From the NCBI GenBank assembly GCA_951406725.2, contig OX597817.1, forward strand, positions 117,986,001-118,050,000: a stretch of 64,000 nt of DNA. Reading direction: 5' to 3'. The notes under the pieces are model-generated. The model did not search any database, was not told where the DNA came from, and was given only the letters and a program-made list of their open reading frames with translations. The stretch comes from Octopus vulgaris. Lineage: Eukaryota. Shown here one piece after another: positions 53,401-64,000 of this stretch. Both the position numbers and the translations under genes were made by a program. Position 1 is the first letter of the stretch, and every line of letters starts with the position of its first letter.

Positions 53401-55618
53401 TTTTCACTGTCATTCCTTGTGTGTTTGTATGCGTGTGTGTGTGTGTGCATGTGTGCGCATGTGTATGTGTGCGTGTGTGTGTGTGAAATTAACACCATCC
53501 ACTGATTAGGCATTCCATCTACCGTAAAATAACCGTGTGTATGACTGAGTACGACATATGTGAAATTCTCTTTATACACAAAGTCTGCAAGTTCTCACGT
53601 TTCGGTGACGGAAAAAACATGTGGTACTCGTTCATGAGGTGTAGTTTCCTACATCAGGTCTCTTTGGCAGATCTGGATTATGTAAAAGTCAATCGTTTAT
53701 ATACTCAAGCATCAGCCTGATTTTATGAAATACGTTTTCCCGTTATGAGAGAGGGATAATGCTTGAATAATCTCAAGGTATGTTTCCACGGGTAAAAGAA
53801 TCTACAGACACTGCTATTTGGCAAATGGAGTGAGTGAAAGGTGCAAAGATCAGCCTGAGAGTAATGATGGAGCCGATATAGCAAGAGGAATTACTTCCTC
53901 TAAGCCCATTTCTGAGTGAGATTGTCCACCCTGATCGTAACCGTCTCACATTTCGCCCTGGAAGAAGACACAGGCATTCAATTCATATAACTAATTTTCA
54001 ATCAGTGCCAAACTGTCCCCTTTATCAAGTGCATCAGAAAAGATATATATGAATTTAGGACATGGTAATTAGACGTGCTATCCGAGATTAACTCATTTTA
54101 TATGATTAATAACTTTTATTGTCACAATAATGAGAGCAATCATATTAATTTAAAATGTCATTTAATACAAATCTATAAATATTTACCAATACTTATCAAA
54201 CTAGCGCAAGACAATATAATTAATAATCAATGTTTCCACAAGATGAAATAAGTATTTAAGAATCAGATTCAACGTGAAGTTTCCCCATAGGATTCTTCAA
54301 GTAATTAAGAAATGATATTACTTTTCAAATAAAGTAAATATAGTTATACAGTTCGTATAATGAATATATGTGTGTGTATTTCATGTAAGTTTGTATGTAT
54401 GCATGTATGTATGTATGTATGTATGTATGTATGTATGTATGTATGTATGTATGTATGTATGTATGTATGTATGTATGTATGAATGGCTGGGTGGGTGAGT
54501 TGATGGATAGAAGGATGTTTATATTTATAAATACTGTATCTTGTCTGTTAAGAGTAAAAATAGATTTCCTGTGGCTTCCTCTTATGTTTAGAGCTCCGCA
54601 AGTATTATATTTCACTCTGCTTCCAGTATCATGGTTAGACAATTACTATACTTTACAGTATTGTTTAGTTAAGATATCGAGAACAAATATAAGAAAAACC
54701 ACGGTAAAAATACGTGTATATTATTTATTCCTACATCTATTTCAATGTGTTGGCTGTTTGGATCCGTGCAGTGGATATTCCAACTGCAACTGGGTTTTTG
54801 ACCACCATGCATCAACAGGGAGCACTTTACATCATTGAATTTCTTACACCTTTTCTCTTTGGGCATTATATAAAGAAAGTATCAAAGTTTGAATTACAGT
54901 CAATTTATTTTATTAACAATGAGTGCAGAAGAAACCTGACATTATTCACAACAAATATAAAGAAATTTATCAATATTGCCATATTGCGTATAAAAGTGTA
55001 TGATAGTGTGAGAATGCATCGGCAATTCAAAAGTTTTACGTTCCATTCCATAATACAAAAACTAACATTATACGATCAATATACTTAACGTATTATGAAT
55101 TCGTCTGAAATAAACTCATGGCTTGTATTTAAGGAAAATTCAAACCATCAAACCAGAAAAAAAGGCGATGAAATATTTTTTAAACTAGAGAGTATTTTCT
55201 TAAAATGCTGCATTCCATCTTACTACGCTAAAGTACATCGCACACTAAGGTTCTTACTCGTCCGCTATGCCCTATATGATTGATAATAAATCCAAACACC
55301 AACAAAGAAACGAAATATTAAAGGAAAAAGACATGTGCAAATTGAAAAGGAATGCCTGTAAAATACTGAATGAGTTCCAATGTACCGCAATACCCAAACA
55401 TCTCAAATTTGTAGGAGAAATCTCAGCAGCGTTTGCAGAAGGAAGATTATGCAAATTGAATTAGTTTATTAAATCATTTCAGGAACTAATATATTGATTG
55501 TCCTCTTCCTCTTATAAAAGTTGTTTTTACTCAAAATATTATTATTAAATACAGTGATGCTTGTGCTATCTTTATAAAAAGCATACATTGTAAAGGCTTC
55601 CCCAGATATATAGATATA

Positions 55619-56962
55619 TTAGGTCGTCAAGTATGAAATTTGTAGAAAACGTAAAAGAGTTTCCTAATGTTTTATAAATACAATGAATTGTTTTATTCAT
55701 CAATGTATACATCCATATTGTCAATATTCTTTTCACATTTCAGCGCTAGCTAGCCCAGCCCGGAACTGTAAAAGCCTGGCAATCTATGGTCAATAAAATT
55801 TTAGAAGGCCTGTTTTACAGCATCGTCGGAATTAATGTTTTCCTATCGAAAAGTTATCCAAATTCTGGAAGAAGAGTAGTCAGTGGAGGTAAGATCAGGT
55901 GAGTTTGGTGGACGATGGAGAACTTCCAACTCCAATTCCTATAGTTTCGTTAATCTCATTTTTGCGATGTTGTCTAGGTTTGTCTTGCAATAAAATAGGA
56001 TTGGATCTGTTGACTAATCTAGGCTGTTTTTTTTCTGTAAGTTTCTGCATCATTTGCTCCAGTTGGCTACAGTATACGTTGGCCGTGATTGATAAGCCAG
56101 GTTTAAGGAAATGATAATGGATCACACCTGCGCCAGACTACCAAACACACCCCATCAGCTTCTTTTGATGAATTTTGCATTTTAGACTGTGTTTCGGTGG
56201 CTCGTCTTTCTCAAACCATTGTGCTGGACGTTTACCGTTGTTGTATTGGATCCATTTCTCATCACATGTTACAATTCGATTAAAAGATTATTCATTATTT
56301 GGCGATCTTTCGTTACAAGAACACACGACTGCTAGTGACAAACCACATGTGCTTATTAACATTTGTGAAGATGATCGTGAATCGGAAGAATTGATGTACG
56401 TGCGTGCGTGTGAGTGTGAATGTGAGTGTATGTGTGTGTTTGATAGGGTGGGTGAGGCAGAAAGTGTGGTGTGTAAGTGAAGTGCTTTTGTTACTATCGT
56501 TAAAAACGATAATTCACGGGCACTTTGAGATGGACTTGATTCGATGGTGGCTTTCAGTTCTTCATTATCCACCTTTGTTTCTGGTCGACCGCGTTTCTCA
56601 TTTGTAAGGTCGACGTTACCGGAACGATACTTTGCAAACCACTTTAATACTGTCTGCTCTGCAATATCATTAGAATGAAATAGTCCATTAATATTCCGAG
56701 CTGTCTGCGATGCTGTATTTCCAAGAAAAATGTCATTTCAAACTGTACAAAATTTCCGACTTACCCATCTGTAAACACAAATAGCCAAAAAAAAACGATT
56801 TATAAATACTTTATAAAGCACAAAATGTGTTGCGAAAAAGAGATCGATGTGTCAGCTTTCTAACAAAAGATAAAGGTTGTCAAAATATAATAATGGTGCA
56901 AAATGAGCAGCCGTTAATGATTACCATATACCTTACTAAAATTTTCATACTTGATGACCTAA
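55619..56962 (-). mobile_element. mariner transposon (second family), decayed
   Basis: TA|ttaggtcgtcaagtatgaaat ... attttcatacttgatgacctaa|TA. Minus motifs VTCDEKWIQYNN, IHQKKLMGCVW, IHYHFLKPGLSITANVYCSQL, LLQDKPRQH, SPDLTSTDY. Confidence 0.9.
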
Positions 56963-57812
56963 TATATATATATACATACAGACACACAGACGCCCAAACA
57001 ATCATACAGTGTACACACATACACATTTAGTCATATATATATATATACACATACATAGATGCGTGCATACAGACACACATATATACATACACACACACGT
57101 ACTTATATATGTATATATATATATGTGTGTGTTTCTATACACCAGAGAGAGAGAGAGAATTGAGGTAGTAATGCATTCTGACCTTGCTAAGTATCAAGAC
57201 TAATTCCGTCAGATGTTGTCAATATATGAATATTTAATCAATGATTACCCTGTCATATCAAAAATTATTTCACCTATAGGAATATATATTGAAAACAGAG
57301 AAATATCATTATGAAAAAATAAGCTACTTCGACACTTCAGAAATTGTTTACTGCTGCGTCTCTAATTAAATACACCTGTGCAAAACTTTCAGACTGAGAG
57401 ATTCATCCTTGAGTTTGTTTACTGAAATATTCTATAAGTATATGCAGTACAACATTTCTATATAACTAATTTCTAATTAAAATATGGAATAGCCCAAAGC
57501 CTCGATATTGAATGTATTTATGAATAAAGATAGGATTAAAAAATTTTAATATTTGTGAAATATATTGGCTGGTTTAAGAATAATATATTTTTACAACAAA
57601 CGGTATTCTTAAATCAGTTCATGTTGATTTATATGAATATACTAAAATACGAATACCTAATTTAACCCATCATCTATACTCGTGCCTGTATGCGTGGCTC
57701 GCGTTTATTGGTGGATACGGGCATGCAATTTAGAGAAATTTAAAAAGATGTAGAATTTTATATACAAACATATACATAGATATGTGCGTGTGTGTGTGCC
57801 TGTGTGTGTGCT

Positions 57813-57863
<51 letters not shown>

Positions 57864-57929
57864 TTATATATATATATGACTGCCTAGCCATCTCTTTATA
57901 TATATATATATATGACTGCCTAGCCATCT

Positions 57930-57966
<37 letters not shown>

Positions 57967-57972
<6 letters not shown>

Positions 57973-58160
57973 AAGGAGCTTCTACCGGACTAGAACTATT
58001 TCATTCAAAAGAAATCATCAGGAAGCCTGATGATTTCTTTTGAATGAAACAGTTCTAGTCCGGTAGAAGATCATTCTATAAAATAAATTAATTTACTCTG
58101 CTATGTATTGAGTACCTTATTTACTATGGTTAACCCCGACTCAACCCGGGACCTACATAT
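57967..58160. mobile_element. Near-perfect 56-bp-arm palindrome with hammerhead core boxes (Penelope-like pLTR remnant)
   Basis: Arms 57967-58022 and 58026-58081 with a 3-nt loop. CTGATGA (58027-58033)-tttc-tttt-gaat-GAAA (58046-58049)-cagttcta-GTC (58058-58060) is present on both strands. Confidence 0.6.
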
Positions 58161-58196
58161 ATATATATATATAGATAGATTATAGATAGATAGATT

Positions 58197-58248
<52 letters not shown>

Positions 58249-58354
58249 GATAGATAGATGGATAAGCACACATACGTATACATACATCTATATATATATA
58301 CATATGTATGTATATATATATACATTTATATATTCACATGTATATATATTTATA

Positions 58355-59515
58355 CTAGCGGAAGGTGACCCGCTCTACGCGCGGGTAAGAGTGTGGTTGT
58401 TATTTTCTGTTGCTTCCTTTCAGCACGTAAAAAGCACCATCCGAACGTGGCCGATTGCAGCGCCGCCTCGACTGGCTTCTGTGCCGGTGGCACGTAAAAA
58501 GCACCAACCGATCGTTGCCGCTGCCAGCCCCCCTGGCACCTGTGCCGGCGGCACGAAAAAAGCATCCACTACACTCACAGAGTGGTTGGCGTTAGGAAGG
58601 GCATCCACCTGTAAAAAACACTGCCAGATCAGACTGGAGCCTGGTGCAGCCTCCTAGCTTCCCAGACCCCGGTCAAACTGTCCAACCCGTGCTAGCACAG
58701 AAAACGGACGTTAAACGATGATGATGATAATGATTCTCCCTCTTTGTTTCTCTCTCACTTTCCCACTCTCTTACTTTTCTTTTCTCTCGGACTCTCCCTC
58801 GCTTTCTCTTACTCTCTATCTTTATCTATCTGTCTCCCATTTATAAACAACAGAAGATCTTGAGTAAGTTGAGAAATAAAATATTTAGAAAGATCAATCA
58901 TAAATATCAGGCAGTGGCAACGGAAAGGTCTGCTTCAAGGCAGACAGCAAAACACTAACATTTAAAAGGGACAGACGAACTTGCGAGCTGAATAAAAGTA
59001 ATAAAATATTGGAAACCAAAGTTTGAATGGATAGAATCTGAGGATAGTAGAGTCACCACGGCTGGCATTTCTTAACGACGGACAGCAACGTATTGACAGT
59101 TCAACGGCTGGCGTAAAATTTTGAAATTGATGTAAAAGAAAATTCGTAAACACCAAGTTTTAAAGTGATTCTTTCTCACGACAGTAGACTCACCATGGCA
59201 ATCATTCAAAACTTCTTTATTATGGACGGCAACACATTGACGATTAAAAGGCTGGCGCAAATTTTTTAGCTTGATGTAACAGAGAATTCCTAAACACCCG
59301 CTCCTTGAAATTTGAATCCCCTTCTAGCCCCATTTAGACCCCTTTTCACATTTTGGTTAATATAACCCGATTTCATTCGGGTCTACTGAGGAATTTTGTC
59401 CTAGAGGTGACGCCTTTCTTTGAGGAAAAAAATAGTTGTCATGCAAACTTGCCAGCACTTTTAACATAGGTGTGCATATTTTCAGCTGAATCGACCGACT
59501 ACGTAATGCACACAT

Positions 59516-59525
<10 letters not shown>
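58355..59525 (-). mobile_element. Non-autonomous Helitron with nested SINE
   Basis: 3' CTAG at 58355-58358 with hairpin acccgc-tctacgc-gcgggt. ~137-bp internal tandem repeat (~59043-59155 / ~59180-59298). Subterminal ttttcagctgaatcg motif; the 5' TC is not clearly preserved. Confidence 0.65.
58422..58733 (+). mobile_element. 5'-truncated SINE with internal repeats and (GAT)n tail
   Basis: Three gcacg(t/a)aaaaagca units; gagtggttggcgttaggaagggcatcc; tail cggacgttaaac(gat)n. Confidence 0.75.
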
Positions 59526-59571
<46 letters not shown>

Positions 59572-60014
59572 CACGCATTATATATACAAATGTATACAAA
59601 TGAGATATATATCTGTATAAATTAAATTAGAGATAAAACCACTAATAGGCAAATCAAACAGTGAAAAACCAAAAACAAAAACATTAAAAAAAAATATAAT
59701 ATAGAAAATATAGAAAATATAAAATTGAAAAATTTAAACTATTTAAATTGAAAATGAAAATTATTAAATTATATTTATAATATGTTTAAAAATATATATA
59801 AACTATGAAAAAGTATGAAAAAGTTTAAGATACATAAATACAGATATATACACTTTGTATATATACATTATATATACATATTTATATATAGAACACACAC
59901 ACACACATACATTATATATACATATTTATATATAGAACACACACACACATACACACATATATATTATATATACATATTTATATATAGAACACACACACAC
60001 ACACACACACATAT

Positions 60015-60543
60015 AAACGAACGCAAGAATATCTGATTCATAATATTTGTTCTCATGCTCGTGTGTTGTTGGGGACAGACATATACTTAAAAGAACGCCG
60101 CCGAAGTGATGGGAAGGTAGGAAACAGAGTCAGTGAAAAAGAGAGGAAATAGCGAGAGTGACAGATACTTTAAATAACGGTAGTGGAGCTCTCAAAGTTA
60201 TAAATAAAGGGGAGTAAGAGAGGGAAAGGAGGAAATAGCGTGAGTGAGGACGATGGCCCCTAGCAACCATACCTTTTAAGATAGGGATTTCTAAGGTAGC
60301 TCATGAGCATCGTCACCTCATTCTACATGTCCCTGTAAATTTTGGAGCGAATCGGACGGGTGGTAGCGGCATTGAAAGCGATCCAAGCGGTAAAAACGCA
60401 TTTCAGTTTTATATATAGAGAAGAGATATATATACACGCATATATATACACATATATATATGTATATATATATCTCTATATATAAAATTGAAATGCGTTT
60501 TTACCTCTTGGATCGCATTCAATGCCACTATGTCCCGTCCGAT
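60015..60543. mobile_element. Two head-to-head Helitron-like 5' termini
   Basis: 60351-60421 is the inverse of 60473-60543. Each begins TCTCTATATATAAAA(C/T)TGAAATGCG and points away from a central (TA)n tract. Confidence 0.65.
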
Positions 60544-60671
60544 ATATGGATACAGCTAATTATGGATATATTTGCATACCCATGTCCGGGGTTAACATTG
60601 GTAATTTATACCGGTAAAAATAACGAATATTCTTAGCCATTAAACGGTTATTGCAAATGCTAACTCTCTTA

Positions 60672-60770
<99 letters not shown>

Positions 60771-63479
60771 GTGTGTGTATGCATATTCTAATAATGATAG
60801 AGTTAGACAGAATTACTTGCAAATAAGTTGATTGACTCCAACATTTAGAAACTTCTGGAAACTAAATTCGCAATATATGGCAGATCTTAACTAGGTTTAC
60901 ATCAGATATTTTCTAATATGCTTATTTTATCTAGTTTTTATAAATTCTTCTTCAAATATATATTATATATTTCTACCGATTATTTACCATTTTTAGGAAG
61001 TAACGCATTGCTCAAGACATCTAATGGCTGCATATACTGAACATTTGACGTATGTAGAAATATTGCATTAGATATATCTCTTTAGCCTGGACTCACAAGA
61101 AATACTTGGTGTGTATTTTTATGTATCTAATTCATTTTAAAGAGTCGGAAGATATTTGGAATTTGATTTGTGGTATTTGCCATATAACTCTCGATCAACC
61201 TCATTGAATAAAATTATATTTAAAAGCCTTCCGCAATTGATTGTCTGCTTTTTCTTCAATGTTTATAACTATAAGTTCTCGATTGGAAACTTCCTCGATA
61301 AATTCAATGAGGGCCATTGTACTATTGCAGGAATATGGTAGTATTTCTAAAACTATTTGATATATATTTTGTAAAATGCCGTCAAATGTAAGACGTGTCA
61401 AGAAATGGAAACTACATCAGGCAGAATTTGTATTTTGAATATCTAGAAACATTGGTTGAGATTGTAAATAAAACTAGTAATCTATTCATTCAAGCAAAGC
61501 GCAATTTTAACTATGACTATAATAAGGATGACTATAATTTTGTAAGTTGGCTATTAAACATATTTGTTTATTAAGTGATTCAAGTTTTAGAATGATATAT
61601 TACAACAGAAATTAGTGTGGAAAAAAAGTATATTTGTAAGGTGCATCCTAGAGCATTTCAAACCTCAGTTTAAAAGCGCAGACAGATAGACTGGTGTAAC
61701 TTAATAGCATGAAGCTAAAACTACCATTCCTCAGTGTGTTGATCGACCGAACATTAAGCATTGCCAGTTTTGTCATGGGTAACAGTTATGGAATATATAT
61801 AACTTGGCAAATAAATGTTATGCTTAAAATGATTTAAACGATTTCATTCGTGTAATACGGAATCTAAAAATGTTATCAATATTTACCAATTTATTTGATT
61901 TGCGTCTCGACTTTTATTTTAAATCTTTCTCTAAATTATCATAGCATGCTAAGAGATAGCTAATAAATTGATTTACATATACATATATCTAGAACAATTT
62001 GTTTCGATCAAAGGTGAATATTTGATCTATGTTTCATTATATCTGTTTATTAAATTCTTTCGCATATCTATATATACATGCTCCATTGTATAATGTATTC
62101 CTCTGGGTCGCGCCTCTTATTAATCATATAATTTATTATACTTTGGTGTTTTGCCTCCCTTGTATGTAGACGTTATCTTCGAAATACATATTATTTACTG
62201 GTTTCCAGTATTTTGATTGATCAGAAGAACATTTGGATAATTAAGAAAGGATTATGTTTATTTATATTATATTGAAATAAGAGACTATCATTGACCAAGT
62301 AATACAAAAATAACTAAGCTGACATTTCAACAACTCGTTTCAAATATTATTTTTTGTGCGAATTATTTTCACTCATGCGATTTTGTAACTGTAATTATCA
62401 TAAGTGTATTGCAATACCTACTCAACGAAAACATTATTGCTATTACAATTTTGAAATAAAGAGCATTTATATTTTCATGTGAGATTATTAATAGTTTCTT
62501 TTGAGAAATGTTATCGTACAGACAAAGCGAAAGAAATACACTGGAAAATCAAACATAATTTTCATGAACTGAAATTTATAATTTTCTTGCTAATGCTGTG
62601 TTATATATAATAACCTGAGCATAGTCTACATATAATTAATATCAAAATAATTCACGACACATATATGTACAATGGCCTGAAATAAAGCAGACAAGAATAA
62701 TATTTTCTAATCTGGCTCATGGTCCGCACTTTTATGTAATGCTTAGTTGATTACGCATTTGACTAGTATTTTATTTTACCAATCCCGAAATCATTAAAGG
62801 CAATATTAACTTTTGTGAGATTTGACCCTAGAAAATAACGTGTATAGAGAACGTCAATTAACAATTTCTGTCCGGGTCTCTAATTATTCTGCCAACTTAC
62901 CGTTTTAAAGTTGATACTAATGATATTTTCTACTGTAAGCATGAAGACAGAGATTTTGTGAAAGAGAGATTCTCAAATCCACCACCGTAAAAGTTGACAG
63001 AAAGACACCAATGATAAGTCAACAAAGGAGCTTGTACATTGTCAGTCTGTCTGCTACAAATAGTAGCAAATCTCTCCCTGAAAATCATCTTAAATAAAAG
63101 CACTAAATAATGTAGTCATAAATACACATAGAAAGTCAGGATTGCCATGGGTATGATATCGCTGATAAAACGACTATTTCATTACATTAGTAAACAATTC
63201 CGAAAACCTTTTTATTCCCCTTGCTTTTTACAGTTAATCCTATCTAATTTGTTAGTACTGACTTCAGAAATACCTGCAATGAACGATTTTCTTACACAGC
63301 GATTCGCTTTTTGCAAAAAGCTGTCTATTTTAACCATTACGGAAATAAGAAACTAACACAAATCAAATACTGCTTTTTTTTTTAACAAGTATATTGTAGA
63401 AAATGTTTAATTACATACCTTAGGATAGATGTTTCCGTGAAACTAACGTTTCAACTACACAATGTGTAAAATTACGCTT

Positions 63480-64000
63480 TGCTGTTTTGCATGGTCTTGT
63501 ACCTCTTTGTAGACACCAGCCAGACACCAGTAGTAGTCAGCCATCATGTTTGTGTTCCTTTTCTACCTAGTCTCCATTGTCTTGATATATTGGAGGAATC
63601 TTTCTCTTTGTGTATCACTCATTGCACTAAGATTTTCAGAGAAGTACCTCAGATGACTATGCAGGTAAGGCACTTTTGAGCTCATGTCGCAGCCTAATGC
63701 TCGGAAACGGGTTCACAAGTTCTTCATAATTTGACGATTTCCTGTTTCTTAGCAAGTCGGACACAACCGCACATGCCAGACTTGGATAAACGATGTAACG
63801 CTTAGTCTTAGAAATGAAGCCAGATATATCAATCATGCAAAAGTGACAGTCATCATATTAATTGGTTTCCTCAACACTATGGAGATTCTAAAGCTTAGGT
63901 AATTTCTCTGGTCCCTTATCTACTGTCCCAGTGTTGTGATCCATGTTTTGCACACTATATGTCGTACCCAGGCTCTGTTGTGGCAAGGTAAGGTAAGATT
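63480..64000 (-). pseudogene. Decayed transposon-associated ORF (superfamily not assigned)
   Basis: Minus-strand translation ..WDSR.. NRKSSNYEELV/FRALGCDMSSKVPYLHSHLRYFSENLSAMSDTQRERFLQYIKTMETR*KRNTNMMADYYWC. It resembles a widespread invertebrate repeat protein motif (HSHLD.FP.NLG..SDE.GERFHQ...MMADYCW). Confidence 0.6.

Noticed and set aside
54669-54866. CUB-like peptide (CSWNIHCTDPNSQHIEID) or Cys-rich exon
   Set aside because: Only vague similarity and no convincing splice sites.

Overview
AT-rich, microsatellite-saturated eukaryotic (animal) DNA. It is most likely an octopus/cephalopod intron or intergenic region, inferred from the tRNA-derived SINE types and the repeat load. I found no convincing host gene, and almost all short ORFs in the track are microsatellite artefacts. 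The window is a nested transposon landscape with six main components. (1) A full-length, young Helitron at 15275-21419 (-), with 5'-TC, 3' hairpin+CTAG and an intronless Rep/Helicase carrying nine 23-aa STPR-like repeats, inactivated by only two adjacent lesions. (2) Several non-autonomous Helitrons, all in (TA)n tracts. (3) A 5'-truncated CR1-group LINE whose 3' tail is shared with a SINE family in the same window. (4) R4/Dong-type LINE remnants, Tc1 and mariner elements. (5) A Penelope GIY-YIG remnant. (6) Small fold-back elements carrying minimal hammerhead-ribozyme (HHR) motifs. The most unusual object is a 334-bp element at 2428-2761, flanked by a perfect 12-bp target-site duplication. 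It joins a tRNA-derived Pol III head to a minimal hammerhead motif and a Penelope-style inverted terminal piece, making it a candidate Penelope-mobilised, ribozyme-bearing SINE/retrozyme. All alignments were done by eye; no database searches were run.
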